DNA of 58,056 nucleotides from a virus. Its lineage: Duplodnaviria > Caudoviricetes. The notes beneath the pieces were generated by a model. It saw only the letters and a program-made list of their open reading frames with translations, was not told the origin of the DNA and searched no databases. Of the stretch, positions 25,732-35,827 are shown in pieces. Position 1 is the first letter of the stretch; each line of letters starts with the position of its first letter. The translations under genes and the position numbers were made by a program. The stretch is from IMG/VR virus record IMGVR_UViG_3300030906_000642, positions 1 through 58,056 of that record; one strand, given 5' to 3'.

Positions 25732-27566
25732 TGCCGACCTGGTCAACCGCCTGCCCCGACTGGCGCGAGCGTATCGTCCAGGGCAAGTCCCTGCTGCCCT
25801 GCCCGCCGCTGTTCCCTGATGAGGCCGCCGCCGCCCTCGACGTCTTCCGCGACCTCACCATCGCCGACGTGCTAGGCAAGCCCACCTTCGGCGAGATCAG
25901 CCGCGACTGGGTGTTCGACCTGCCCTCGGCCGTCTTCGGCGCCTATAACCCGGTCAGCAAGCGCCGGGAGATCAATGAATTCTTCGAGCTGATCGGCAAG
26001 AAGAACGCTAAGTCCACCCGCGCCGCCGGCATCATGATCACCGAGCTCGTGCGCAACGAACGCCAGGGCGCGGAATTCCTGATCCTCGCGCCCACCATCG
26101 AGATCGCCAAGAACGCCGCCGACCCGGCCATGGACATGGTCGCCGAACATCCGGAGCTGCGCCGCTTCCTCAAGCCCGTCGCGCACCAGCGGATGATCGA
26201 GCACCGCATCACCGGCGCCCAGCTCAAGATCATCGCCGCCTCGCCCGAGACCGTCGCCGGCACAAAGGCCACCGGCGTCCTGATCGACGAGCTGTGGCTG
26301 TTCGGCAAGATGGCCAAGGCCAAGAACATGCTGCTGGAAGCCACCGGCGGGCTCTACAGCCGCCCGGAAGGCTTCGTTATCGCTCTTTCGACCCAGAGCG
26401 ACGAGCCGCCCACCGGCGTCTTCCTGGACTGGCTGCGCCGCTATCGCGACATCCGCGATGGCAAGCTTTACGACCCCTACAAGCTGGGCATGCTCTACGA
26501 GTTCCCGGAGGAGATGATCAAGGCCGGCGCCTACAAGCTGCCGGCCAACTTCCACGTCCCCAACCCCAACTACGGCGCGTCGGTGGACCCGCAGCGCCTG
26601 CTGGCCAAGTTCGAGGAAGCCACCCGCGAAGGCCAGAAGGCCCTGGTGGGGTTCTTCGCCAAACATCTCAACGTCGAGCCCGGCATGGGCGGTCGGTCCG
26701 ATGGGTGGCCTGGCGCAGACTTCTGGAAGCGCCGGGCGATCAGGCTCACCCTTGACCGCCTGATCGAGCGCAGCGAGGTTATCGTGGTCGGCATCGACGG
26801 CGGCGGCCTGGACGACCTGTTCGGCCTCACTATCGTCGGCCGCGAGGCCATCGAAATCGAGGTGGTGGCGGATGCCGCGGCGCAAGATGCGCCAGATGCT
26901 TCTGGGACGCCTGTCGCCGGCAAGAAGAAGGTCAAACGCTGGCTATCGTGGAGCCACGCCTGGGCACACCGGATCATCCTCGACCGACGCAAATCGATCG
27001 CCACCAAGCTCGAAGAGTTGGAAGAGGCGGGTGAACTAACCTTCGTCGGCAGCGCTGAGGATGTGGCTTTCACAGCCGACGCGGAGGACGATGACCTCGC
27101 CGGCAACGAAACCCTGATCGCCGATCTAGACCTGGACGAGATCATCGAGATCATCGTCAGGATCCGCGACGCCGGCCTGCTCTACTGCGTCGCGGTCGAC
27201 CCGGCCGGCCTCGGCGAGCTGATCGACGCCCTCGATGCTGTCGATATCAAAGAGCAGAACAAGGAAGACGGCTGCAACTTCGTCGCCGGCGTCAGCCAGG
27301 GCTACGCCCTGATGAACGCCATCAAGACGGCGGAGCGCAAGCTAGCCAACGGAGCCCTCCTCCACGCCAGCCAGGCGCTGATGGATTGGTGCGTCGCCAA
27401 CCTGAAGATCGAGCCGACCGCCACGGCGATCCGCGCCACCAAGCAGAACGCCGGCGACGCCAAGATCGACCCGGCCATGGCGCTGTTCAACGCCGTGACG
27501 GTCATGTCCACCAACCCCGAGGCCCAGCGCTCCGTATACGAGGAGCGCGGCCTGCTGGTGTTCTAG
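25731..27566 (+). CDS. terL: Terminase large subunit
   Basis: Walker A-like GKKNAKST, Walker B LIDELW, STQ, nuclease GIDGGGLDD and KIDPAMA. Confidence 0.93.
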   Translation: MPTWSTACPDWRERIVQGKSLLPCPPLFPDEAAAALDVFRDLTIADVLGKPTFGEISRDWVFDLPSAVFGAYNPVSKRREINEFFELIGKKNAKSTRAAGIMITELVRNERQGAEFLILAPTIEIAKNAADPAMDMVAEHPELRRFLKPVAHQRMIEHRITGAQLKIIAASPETVAGTKATGVLIDELWLFGKMAKAKNMLLEATGGLYSRPEGFVIALSTQSDEPPTGVFLDWLRRYRDIRDGKLYDPYKLGMLYEFPEEMIKAGAYKLPANFHVPNPNYGASVDPQRLLAKFEEATREGQKALVGFFAKHLNVEPGMGGRSDGWPGADFWKRRAIRLTLDRLIERSEVIVVGIDGGGLDDLFGLTIVGREAIEIEVVADAAAQDAPDASGTPVAGKKKVKRWLSWSHAWAHRIILDRRKSIATKLEELEEAGELTFVGSAEDVAFTADAEDDDLAGNETLIADLDLDEIIEIIVRIRDAGLLYCVAVDPAGLGELIDALDAVDIKEQNKEDGCNFVAGVSQGYALMNAIKTAERKLANGALLHASQALMDWCVANLKIEPTATAIRATKQNAGDAKIDPAMALFNAVTVMSTNPEAQRSVYEERGLLVF

Positions 27567-27578
27567 AGGGATCCTCGA

Positions 27579-27887
27579 ATGACCCGTGGCGCCGTCGTTG
27601 TCCTCGACCCCGAACTGTTCGTCTTGGCAGTCGGTCTGATCAAGGACCATGGTCTGCAGATCAAAAACTCGCTCGATGGCCGGGACCGTGGCTTCGGCGG
27701 AAAAGTGGTCCTTGTGATCGCTGGCGACCGACTTCCTGAAGAATGCGAATCCGTCTCACCCCCTCATGTGGTGAAGTTCCTAGTCACGGACGAGCACTAT
27801 GGGTCTCAGCACTTGACCCGCATCACTGATATCTCGGTCGACGTCGCGGCGACTGAACGGTTCATCTCCATGGCTGCCGCCATCTGA
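27579..27887 (+). CDS. Hypothetical protein inserted between terL and portal
   Basis: 102 aa, AGAGGG RBS; visibly less GC-rich codon usage than its neighbours. Confidence 0.55.
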   Translation: MTRGAVVVLDPELFVLAVGLIKDHGLQIKNSLDGRDRGFGGKVVLVIAGDRLPEECESVSPPHVVKFLVTDEHYGSQHLTRITDISVDVAATERFISMAAAI

Positions 27888-28075
27888 TGACCGCCGCCCC
27901 TGCGCGAACCGGGTTCGCTGATCGCATCCTCGGTCTGGCGGTCGATGTCGCCATCCCGGCGGGCGCGTTGCTGATCACCTTCGGCGTCTGGCAGTTGAAC
28001 CATCCGGCGGCCTTCATCGTCGGCGGCGCCTTCCTGCTGGCCGGCGGCTGGATCGCGGCGCGGAAAGGCGCGTAA
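27887..28075 (+). CDS. Small two-TM protein preceding the portal
   Basis: 62 aa, hydrophobic; 1-bp overlaps at both ends. Confidence 0.7.
   Translation: MTAAPARTGFADRILGLAVDVAIPAGALLITFGVWQLNHPAAFIVGGAFLLAGGWIAARKGA
27904..27918. repeat. 15-bp palindrome copy 5
   Basis: GCGAACCGGGTTCGC, exact; read as RTGF. Confidence 0.9.
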
Positions 28076-29451
28076 TGAGCTTCTTCAGCCGCATTGCCGC
28101 GCCGAGCCACGAGCGCGCCAGCGCCGGCGTGCCGTCCTATGGCATGATCCCGCCGCTCGGCTCGGTCCAGTCGGCCTCCGGCGCGATGATCAGCCAGGCC
28201 ACGGCCATGACGGTGTCGTCCGTCTACGGCTGCGTCACTCGCCTCGCCACCGACCTGGCCCGCTGCACGCCCTACCTCTACCGCCGCAACAGCAACGGCA
28301 CCGAAACCCGCGAGGACGACCATCCGCTCTATGAGCTGTTCGAGCGCCCGAACCCGCAGCAGGACTGGTTCGAGTTCGCCTTCCAATACTGGGTCGGCTA
28401 CCTGCTGCGCGGCAACGCCTATGCGCCGATCCAGCGCGACAGCCGTGGCGATCCCACCGCGCTGATCCCGGTCAATCCGGATGCGGCAATGGTGCTGGAA
28501 GCGTCGAACGGCGACGTCTTCGTCAACATGAACCGCATCGGGCTTTGGCAGATGGCCATGCTGCGAGACTTCCCGACCGCGATCCCGTCGGAAGATGTCT
28601 TCCACCTGCGCGGTCTGACCTTCAATTCCCTGGTCGGCGTCTCCACCATCGGCCTGGCCCGCGACGCCATCGGCCTGTCGATGGCGCTCGAACAGCAGGC
28701 CAGCCGCTGGATCGCCAACGGCGCCCGCCCCTCGACCTGGCTGAAGTCCGCCAAGCGCGTCAGCGACGATGCCGCCCGCCGCCTGAAGACCCAGTTCGAC
28801 GACCTGCACGCCGGCTACCAGAACACCGGCAAGACCGTCCTGCTGGAAGACGGCATCGAACCGGTCGCCCTGCAGCTGACCTCGGTCGACCTGCAGTTCA
28901 TCGCCCAGCGCCAATGGCAGCCCGAGGATGTCTGCCGCTTCTTTGGCGTGCCGCCGCACAAGATCGGCCTCTATGCCGACAAGCGCAGCGACCCGCAGCC
29001 GAACGTGGCCCAGGACCAGGACTATGTGAATTCGGCTGTCACCTGGCGCGCCCACGCCCTCGAAAAGCGCTTTGCCTGGACCTTCGGCCTGGACAAGGAC
29101 GCCAAGGGTCGCCGCCTGCCGCGCGATGAGCAGCTGCGCCTCAAGCACGACCTGGGGGAACTCCTGCGCGCCGACCTGATGACCCAGGCCAACGTCGACC
29201 GCATCGACGTTTTGACCGGGATCAGGACCCAGGACGAGGCGCGCGCCGGGCGCGGCCTTGCCCCGAAGGGCGGCGATGCCGACAAGCTGATGCGGCCTAC
29301 CAACATGGCCTCGGAAGGCTCCGCCACCTCGGGCCAAGCGCCCGATGGCGCGGGCCGTCCCATTGACGGCACGGTCGGCGTCGGCGGCGCGGGCACGGGC
29401 GGCACGGCCGCCACCGACCAGACTACGGCCGATGAGCCTTCGCAGAACTGA
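28075..29451 (+). CDS. Portal protein, HK97 family
   Basis: HPLYELFERPNP, LLRGNAY, DVFHLRG, GVSTI, NGARP, CRFFGVPPHKIG. Confidence 0.93.
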   Translation: MSFFSRIAAPSHERASAGVPSYGMIPPLGSVQSASGAMISQATAMTVSSVYGCVTRLATDLARCTPYLYRRNSNGTETREDDHPLYELFERPNPQQDWFEFAFQYWVGYLLRGNAYAPIQRDSRGDPTALIPVNPDAAMVLEASNGDVFVNMNRIGLWQMAMLRDFPTAIPSEDVFHLRGLTFNSLVGVSTIGLARDAIGLSMALEQQASRWIANGARPSTWLKSAKRVSDDAARRLKTQFDDLHAGYQNTGKTVLLEDGIEPVALQLTSVDLQFIAQRQWQPEDVCRFFGVPPHKIGLYADKRSDPQPNVAQDQDYVNSAVTWRAHALEKRFAWTFGLDKDAKGRRLPRDEQLRLKHDLGELLRADLMTQANVDRIDVLTGIRTQDEARAGRGLAPKGGDADKLMRPTNMASEGSATSGQAPDGAGRPIDGTVGVGGAGTGGTAATDQTTADEPSQN

Positions 29452-29461
29452 GGACAACACC

Positions 29462-29836
29462 ATGGCCAGCAAGCCCACGGCCGCCCCGGCCAAAGCCAAG
29501 ACCGCCAAAGCCGCCCCGAAAGCGGCCAAGGCCAACCCCACCGCCGCTCCAGCGCCCGCCGCCGCACAAGCGACCGGCGCTTCGCACCCCGACCCGCTCC
29601 ACGCCGCCTTGGCCATCCTCGCCCCGCTCTGCGACGCGCATGGCGCGCGGTTGGAGCCTCCCAAGACCTTCATGGTGATCGGCGCCCGCATGCTCGGCGG
29701 TTTCGCCCACGCCCATCACCCCGTCTCGGTCGAGCGCTTTGTCGAAGCCGCTCGCGCCACCATGGGCGTCCGGGATGTGCAGGTGATGTCCACCGGCATC
29801 CGCCTCGAAGTCGTCGTTCCGGCGCCCGACGCCTGA
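29462..29836 (+). CDS. Hypothetical protein with Lys/Ala/Pro-rich N-terminus
   Basis: GAGGA RBS; MASKPTAAPAKAKTAKAAPKAAK. Confidence 0.6.
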   Translation: MASKPTAAPAKAKTAKAAPKAAKANPTAAPAPAAAQATGASHPDPLHAALAILAPLCDAHGARLEPPKTFMVIGARMLGGFAHAHHPVSVERFVEAARATMGVRDVQVMSTGIRLEVVVPAPDA

Positions 29837-30061
29837 CCACCAGATTTGCTGCTTTCGCCCCGGCGCAGTCCGGACCTAGGCCGACAAGCAGACCCTCCCG
29901 TCGAGATTGGCGCGCCGGGAGTAGCTGAAGCCAGCCTTGCGGCGAAGTGAGCTACGGCCCGCGTCCTGAGGTAACCCGCGCGATCCCCGACCGGGGGCGG
30001 ACGCAACGCCGAGACCTCCGCTCGGACGGCGCGGGCTGAAATTCTTGAAGAGGGCTGACCG

Positions 30062-31282
30062 ATGACCATGCAGCGCAAGATCGTCCGCGCCCTGATCACC
30101 CCGGTCGGGGACGACGAGGTCGACGTGGTCATGTCCACCGCCGCCCTGGCCCGCGACGGCCACATCCTGCTGCCGCAGGGCTGCGTCCTCGACAACTACC
30201 GCGCCAACCCCATCGTGCTCTGGAGCCACAATCCGGATCATCCGATCGGCAATGCGGAAAACATCGTCGTCAGCGCCGACAACATCACCGCCCGCGCCCG
30301 CTTCGCCCAGCTGGGCATTTCGCGGAAGGCCGACGAAATCCGGGGCTTGGCCAAGACTGGCGTCATCCGCGCCGTCTCCGTCGGGTTCGACGCTCTGGAG
30401 ATGGAGCCGCTTAATCCCAAGAAGCCACACGGTGGCCAGCGGATCACCGCCTGGGAGCTGATGGAGTTCTCCTTCGTCAGCGTCCCCGCCGATCCCGGCG
30501 CCGTGGTGACCGCGCGCCAGCTTGAAGACATCACCGGAGACCTGCCCGTGACCGTGAAGCCAGAAATCGCCGCCTCCACGGCCGCCTCCACGGCCGCCGC
30601 TACCCCGAAGCCCCGCAAGCGCCGCGCGAACCCGGTTCGCAACCAAGGGCCAATCCAGTTCAAGCGCGGCCTCTATCAGGTCGCCAACCTGCTCTATCTG
30701 GTCGAGGAACTCGGCTGGCACGTCGACATGGCCAAGTATGAGGCCGCCATCGAGGGCGACGGCAGCGCCGTCCCCGGCATGCTTGCTGGCGTCCTGCAGG
30801 ACCTGGTCGACGCCCTCATGGCCATGACCACGGAAGAATTATCCGAGTTCATGGCCGGCTACGACGTCGAGGTCGAAGCCGAAGACGAGGTCGACGACAG
30901 TGTCGTGCTCACGGTTGAGGCGCGCGCCCACATCGCCGCCGCCCCCACGCCCGCCGTCCGCGCCTTCCGCCGCGGACTGGCCCACGCCAAGCTCCGCGCC
31001 GGCAAGACCCTGTCGGATGAAACCGTGCGCTGCCTGAAGGAAGCCGCCGCCCTGCACGAAGACGGCATGGCCGAAATCCGCAGCGGCCTGGCCAAGCACA
31101 AAAAGGGCGTCGCCGCCGTCAACGACCTGATGGATCGCGCTGGCGTGGCCGATCAGGAGGACAATGCGGCGGAGGCCAACGAGAACGCCGACCCCAGCGG
31201 CGAGCCCGAGGGTGAAGCCCGCATGAGCGCCGACTTCCGCCGTCGCGAGGCCGAGTTCTTGGGCCTGGCGCATACGCACTGA
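30062..31282 (+). CDS. Prohead protease, HK97 family, with long helical C-terminal extension
   Basis: NPIVLWSHN..PIG, AVSVGF, ELMEFSFVSVPADPGA. Confidence 0.9.
   Translation: MTMQRKIVRALITPVGDDEVDVVMSTAALARDGHILLPQGCVLDNYRANPIVLWSHNPDHPIGNAENIVVSADNITARARFAQLGISRKADEIRGLAKTGVIRAVSVGFDALEMEPLNPKKPHGGQRITAWELMEFSFVSVPADPGAVVTARQLEDITGDLPVTVKPEIAASTAASTAAATPKPRKRRANPVRNQGPIQFKRGLYQVANLLYLVEELGWHVDMAKYEAAIEGDGSAVPGMLAGVLQDLVDALMAMTTEELSEFMAGYDVEVEAEDEVDDSVVLTVEARAHIAAAPTPAVRAFRRGLAHAKLRAGKTLSDETVRCLKEAAALHEDGMAEIRSGLAKHKKGVAAVNDLMDRAGVADQEDNAAEANENADPSGEPEGEARMSADFRRREAEFLGLAHTH
30626..30640. repeat. 15-bp palindrome copy 6, in the protease linker
   Basis: GCGAACCCGGTTCGC, exact; read as ANPVR. 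Confidence 0.9.
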
Positions 31283-31394
31283 CACCGAATTTCGATCCCC
31301 ACGCCCAGGCGCGGGTAGCGAAACGCCCTATCGGCCCTTGGGCAAGGCTGCCGGCCCGCTGTGAAGCGCGCCACTCCCTTTGAAGGATCGCCCC

Positions 31395-32861
31395 ATGCTC
31401 GCCGAGCTGCTGAAGAAGCGTGCGGCCGCCTATGACACGTTCAAGGCGCTCGCTGAAAAACCCACCCTCACCGAAACCGAAACCGCCGACTATGGCGCGC
31501 GCAAAAAGGACGTCGAAGATATCGACGGCCAGATCGTGCGTTTCAAGGAGGCCCAGGCCCTAAGCGCCGAGACCGCCCTCCCGGTCGCGGGACAGGAAAA
31601 CGCCCACGACCCGATCCAGGTCCGCGAACTCGATCCCTACACCAACGAAGCCGACGCCAAGGCCATGGGCTTCGGCACCCACAAGGGCCTCCGCGCCGTC
31701 GCCTGCGCCAAGCTATTCGACGCGGCCGGCAAGAACCCTCAAGCCGCACGAGCCCTGGCCGTCGATATTCACGGTGAGCGCCATTCGATCACACGCGCCT
31801 TCGAGGCCGGTCGCCGCCCGGGATCGCGAGCCCTCGTCGTGTCGGTTGGCGCGTCCGGCGGTTTCGCCGTGCAACCGGACTTCGCTGGCGAGATCATCGA
31901 GCTGCTGCGCCCGAAAGCCGTTGTCCGCAAGGCCGGCCCGCGCAACATGCCGATGCCGCGGGGCAGCATGGTGATGCCGGGCCAGAACACGGCCGCGACC
32001 GCAAACTACGGCGGAGAATCGACCAAGGCGTCGTCCAGCCAGCCGTCGCTGAACCAGAAGACCGCGACCTACAAGAAGTTGACGGCCCTCGTGCCGGTAT
32101 CCAACGACATGATGCGCTATTCCGACCCGGCCGCCGACGCCTTCGTGCGCGACGACTTGGTCAAGGTCATGGCGCTTCGCGAGGACAAAGGCTTCCTGTT
32201 CGACGACGGCACCAGCGACACGGTGGTCGGCATGCTCGCCTGCGCCAATCGCTGGGTTGGCGAAAACGACGGCACGATGGGAGCTTGGTCGACCTCGGCC
32301 AACTCCGTCATGGCCGCGAATGCCGCCGACCCGGCTAACAGCACCGGGGGCAACTTCATCACCTCCAATGCCAGCCCCACCCTGGCCACCGTGCAGGCGG
32401 AACTTGGCGGCGCGGCCAACCGTCTCGATACCGCCAACGTGGACGAGGACAAGCGCGTCTGGTTCGTCCACCCGCGCATCAGGAACTTTCTCTACGACCT
32501 TACGAATAGCTTGGGCGAGTATGTCTTCCGCGACGAGCTGAACGACGGTGTCCTGCGGAACTATCCGCTGATGACCACCACCCAAATCCCGACCAACTAC
32601 TACAACGGCAACGGGTCGGCGACGAACTGCTCCTTCATCTTCCTGGCGGAGATGGACGAGGTCATCATCCTCGACTCGATGCAGCTGGAGTTGGCGGTGT
32701 CCCGCGAGGGCACCTACGTCGATGCCGGCGGCACGACGGTGTCCGCCTTCCAGAGCGACCAGACCATCATCCGCGCGATCGCCGAGCACGACTTCCAAAT
32801 GCGCCACGACCAGTCCGTGGCGATCATCCAGGGCGTCACCTGGTCGCCGGACATCCTCTAA
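31395..32861 (+). CDS. Major capsid protein, HK97 fold
   Basis: N-terminal coiled delta-like domain; GGFAVQ..IIELLR, KKLTALVPVSNDMM, FQSDQTIIRAIAEHDF. Confidence 0.93.
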   Translation: MLAELLKKRAAAYDTFKALAEKPTLTETETADYGARKKDVEDIDGQIVRFKEAQALSAETALPVAGQENAHDPIQVRELDPYTNEADAKAMGFGTHKGLRAVACAKLFDAAGKNPQAARALAVDIHGERHSITRAFEAGRRPGSRALVVSVGASGGFAVQPDFAGEIIELLRPKAVVRKAGPRNMPMPRGSMVMPGQNTAATANYGGESTKASSSQPSLNQKTATYKKLTALVPVSNDMMRYSDPAADAFVRDDLVKVMALREDKGFLFDDGTSDTVVGMLACANRWVGENDGTMGAWSTSANSVMAANAADPANSTGGNFITSNASPTLATVQAELGGAANRLDTANVDEDKRVWFVHPRIRNFLYDLTNSLGEYVFRDELNDGVLRNYPLMTTTQIPTNYYNGNGSATNCSFIFLAEMDEVIILDSMQLELAVSREGTYVDAGGTTVSAFQSDQTIIRAIAEHDFQMRHDQSVAIIQGVTWSPDIL

Positions 32862-32872
32862 GCCCGCGCTAT

Positions 32873-32909
32873 CGCTCGCTTGCGCTCGCGGTTTGAGCGC
32901 GAGCGAGCG
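32873..32909 (+). terminator. Strong hairpin after the capsid gene (terminator or mRNA stabiliser)
   Basis: cgctcgcttgcgctc / gagcgcgagcgagcg 15-bp stem (one G-U pair); no U-tract. Confidence 0.55.
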
Positions 32910-32959
32910 GTTCCATCGCCTGCGCCGGCCTCCCGTTCACCTCCCAAAGGACTCTCCTC

Positions 32960-33400
32960 ATGACCCCCTCGTTCCAGCACAACGTCGGCGCCTATGTCGC
33001 GCCGGTGACCAGCGTCTTCCCGCAAAGCTCCGCCGCCGCGACCATCAATGGCGCATCCGTCAGGCGGTCGGCGCACAACATGCCGCTGTCCTGCCTCCTG
33101 CACCAGGTGGTCGGCGCGGTCGGCGGCGCGCCCTCGGCGTCCAGCGTGCAGACCACCCTGCAGCACTCGCCGGACAACGCCACCTGGACCAACTACATCC
33201 CCGATGGCGCGAGCTCGGTGGCACAGACCCCGGCGATCACGGCGGCCAATCTCGGTTCGGGCGCCGCCGTCGATCTGTCGGGCGCCTTTGACTACATCCG
33301 CGCGGTCACGGTCATCACCTTCACCGGGGGCACGAGCCCCACGGCGCAGGTCTATTCCGACATCATCCTCGGCGGCGAGGCGGTCCTGCCGGCGATCTAA
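32960..33400 (+). CDS. Probable head decoration/cement protein
   Basis: 146 aa, beta-rich (TLQHSPDNATWT..DYIRAVTV), directly after the capsid gene. Confidence 0.65.
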   Translation: MTPSFQHNVGAYVAPVTSVFPQSSAAATINGASVRRSAHNMPLSCLLHQVVGAVGGAPSASSVQTTLQHSPDNATWTNYIPDGASSVAQTPAITAANLGSGAAVDLSGAFDYIRAVTVITFTGGTSPTAQVYSDIILGGEAVLPAI

Positions 33401-33513
33401 CCTGGTCGGGTCTCAGTATCTGATTGGCCGCCACGGGATCGCGACTGACATCGCCGCCCTCGCTCCCGTGGTGGGCGCCATCACCCGAACCGTCACGCGA
33501 AGGATCCGCCCCA

Positions 33514-33717
33514 ATGAAACACATCACCTTCGCGCAGACGACGGGCGAATTCCGCGCCGGCGACAAGCGGGTTGTCCCCGACGAGGTCGCCGCCAAGCTT
33601 CCCAAGGACGCCGTGCTCGCCAGCGAGACCTGGCCCGCGCCGCCGGCGAGGAAGCCGAAACGCGCGGTGCTGAATATCCAGCGCCCCGGCGCCCCGGACC
33701 TGCTGAGCGAGAAATAA
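33514..33717 (+). CDS. Small head-region protein
   Basis: AAGGA RBS; FRAGDKRVVPDEVAAKL. Confidence 0.6.
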   Translation: MKHITFAQTTGEFRAGDKRVVPDEVAAKLPKDAVLASETWPAPPARKPKRAVLNIQRPGAPDLLSEK

Positions 33718-33719
33718 CC

Positions 33720-34553
33720 ATGGCCAACCGCCTCCTCGCCTCGATCTCCGCGCTGGCTCTCCTCACGGCGACCCCGGCGTTGGCCCAGTCCGCCAGCGGC
33801 GGCCCACCCGCCACCTATGCCGACCAATACGGCCATCTTCAGACCGCCAGCGCCGCCCACGGCATCGGCCGCGAGAACGGCACGGGCGCGCAATGCCTGA
33901 TGGGCTATGACGTCACCTGCGCCCAGCCGGTCTATATCGAGGCCGGCGGCTCCCTTGGCGTCTCCAACCTCCCCGCCACGGTCGATACCAACACCGGCCC
34001 AGCGTCAGCGAGCACCTTGCGCACCGCCCCGGCGACCAATACGACCTCCGCGCCGGTCTCCCCCGCCATCACCGGCCCCACCAGCACCCTGACGCTGCCG
34101 TCGACCACCACGGCCTATGCCGCCGGCAACCTGATCGCCAACTCGGCCACGGCCGGGTCTGTCGTGGTTCCCAGCTTCAACGTCTCCAACGCCGCCGGCG
34201 GCGCGGCGATCGCGCGGTTGCGGCTGTCGACGAACGACAACACCTCGACCGCCTGGCCCGGCGTCGGCGTCCAGGTCGATCTCTGGCTTGCCGCCCCCAC
34301 CTTCACCAACGGCGATCGCGGCGCCTTCCTGCCGGCCACCGGCACAGCCAACCACCTCGGGTCCTTCACCTGCACGATGTCGGCGGAATATGGCGACGGG
34401 GCCTATGGGGAATGCTCGCCCTCGGTGGGCTCCTTCGCCCTGCCGAAGCTGGCCAGCGGGACCGCCATCTACTGGACGCTGCAGGCCACGACCGCCAGCG
34501 GCGTCACCGGCGCGTCCAAGGTGTGGACCCTGACCGCCGAGCTGTTGAACTGA
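33720..34553 (+). CDS. Signal-peptide-bearing beta-rich protein in the head module (possible spike base)
   Basis: MANRLLASISALALLTATPALA-Q signal peptide; two Cys pairs; Thr/Ala/Ser-rich. Confidence 0.7.
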   Translation: MANRLLASISALALLTATPALAQSASGGPPATYADQYGHLQTASAAHGIGRENGTGAQCLMGYDVTCAQPVYIEAGGSLGVSNLPATVDTNTGPASASTLRTAPATNTTSAPVSPAITGPTSTLTLPSTTTAYAAGNLIANSATAGSVVVPSFNVSNAAGGAAIARLRLSTNDNTSTAWPGVGVQVDLWLAAPTFTNGDRGAFLPATGTANHLGSFTCTMSAEYGDGAYGECSPSVGSFALPKLASGTAIYWTLQATTASGVTGASKVWTLTAELLN

Positions 34554-35827
34554 TGCGCTTCTTCGCCGCGCTTCTCTGCGTCATCGCCCTCACGCTGGGT
34601 CTGTCGGCCCCGGCGCATGCCGCCCCGCCGGCGGAAACCCTGCTGCTGCTCAGCGGCGGCAAGTGCGCCGGCGTCAGCCTGGATGTCGAGTTCGTCAAGG
34701 GCGGCGCCTGCCTCAACGGTCGCTACTACGGTTCGGCGACCCAGCTCCCCGGCTGGAGCTTCGCCCGCTCCTCGACCAAGACCGCGCTGGACGCCTCCGG
34801 GGTTCTGCACACCTTCACTTCGGGCGTCCCGGCGATCACCAACCTGGGACTGTCGGTCGAGCAGGCCGCCACCAACGGCGTATTGAGAAGCGGCGATCTT
34901 TCCAACGCGGCCTGGACCAGCATTTCCGCCACCGTCACCGGCAATGTCGGCGTCGCGCCGGACCTGACCACCACGGCGGCGCAGATCGTCTCCTCGGCCA
35001 CGAATGGCGGCCAGTACCAGAACGTCGCCAGCTTCGTTGCTTCGGGCAGCGCCTACACCAGCCAGGGCGACCTGAAGACGGTGTCGGGCGGCCCGAACCT
35101 GATCTTCTTCGCGGCCGCCTCCAGCGTCGGCGCCGGCAGCGTCGCCCCGACCGTCACGATCAACGGCTCGACCTGCGCTTTTGTCTCCGCTTCGGCGTCG
35201 GTCTCCTCCGAAACCGTCACCCAGCTGGCCAACGGCTGGTGCCACGTCACCGCGACCTTCACCGCCGCCGCGACAGCCACCACCACGGTCGCCGCTGGCG
35301 CGGTGAACAGCGGGACCACCTTCCAGGCCTGGGGGATGCAGACCGAGGGAGGCCCCTTCGCGACCTCCTACATCCCGACGACGTCAGCGCAAGCGGCGCG
35401 CGCGGCGGATGTGGCCTCCATCGGGACCCCAATCGGCGCGACCGGCTCGTTTTTGGGGTGGGCATATGGGCCGAATGACAGCACTGCGTCAGGCCCCCGC
35501 GTTGCCGGCTATCTAGCCGCGGCGTCGGCCTACGCCACCGCCTCGCCTACCAACGTAGCGATTTTCAACTCGTCTGTCGGAAATCTGAGTTTGACGGTCG
35601 CCACATCGCCAACGGCGTTGATGAAAATTGCCGCGTCGTGGTCCCCAACTGGGCGGTCGCTTTCGGTAAATGGCTTGGCCGCCGTGTCAGACAGCGCGGC
35701 GATGCCCGCATCGACGGGGGTCATCATCGGCAGCCAAAACACCGGCGGCCAGTTCCTCAACAGCTTCGTCCAGAAGCTGGTGTTCTACCCTACGCACCAG
35801 AACCCGCAGGCGCTGAGCAGCAAATGA
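34553..35827 (+). CDS. Head spike/fibre-like protein with signal peptide
   Basis: MRFFAALLCVIALTLGLSAPAHA-A; SFARSS..GLSVEQAATN and QTEGGPFATSYIPTT..RAAD motifs of phage head-fibre proteins; lectin-like C-terminus. Confidence 0.72.
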   Translation: MRFFAALLCVIALTLGLSAPAHAAPPAETLLLLSGGKCAGVSLDVEFVKGGACLNGRYYGSATQLPGWSFARSSTKTALDASGVLHTFTSGVPAITNLGLSVEQAATNGVLRSGDLSNAAWTSISATVTGNVGVAPDLTTTAAQIVSSATNGGQYQNVASFVASGSAYTSQGDLKTVSGGPNLIFFAAASSVGAGSVAPTVTINGSTCAFVSASASVSSETVTQLANGWCHVTATFTAAATATTTVAAGAVNSGTTFQAWGMQTEGGPFATSYIPTTSAQAARAADVASIGTPIGATGSFLGWAYGPNDSTASGPRVAGYLAAASAYATASPTNVAIFNSSVGNLSLTVATSPTALMKIAASWSPTGRSLSVNGLAAVSDSAAMPASTGVIIGSQNTGGQFLNSFVQKLVFYPTHQNPQALSSK

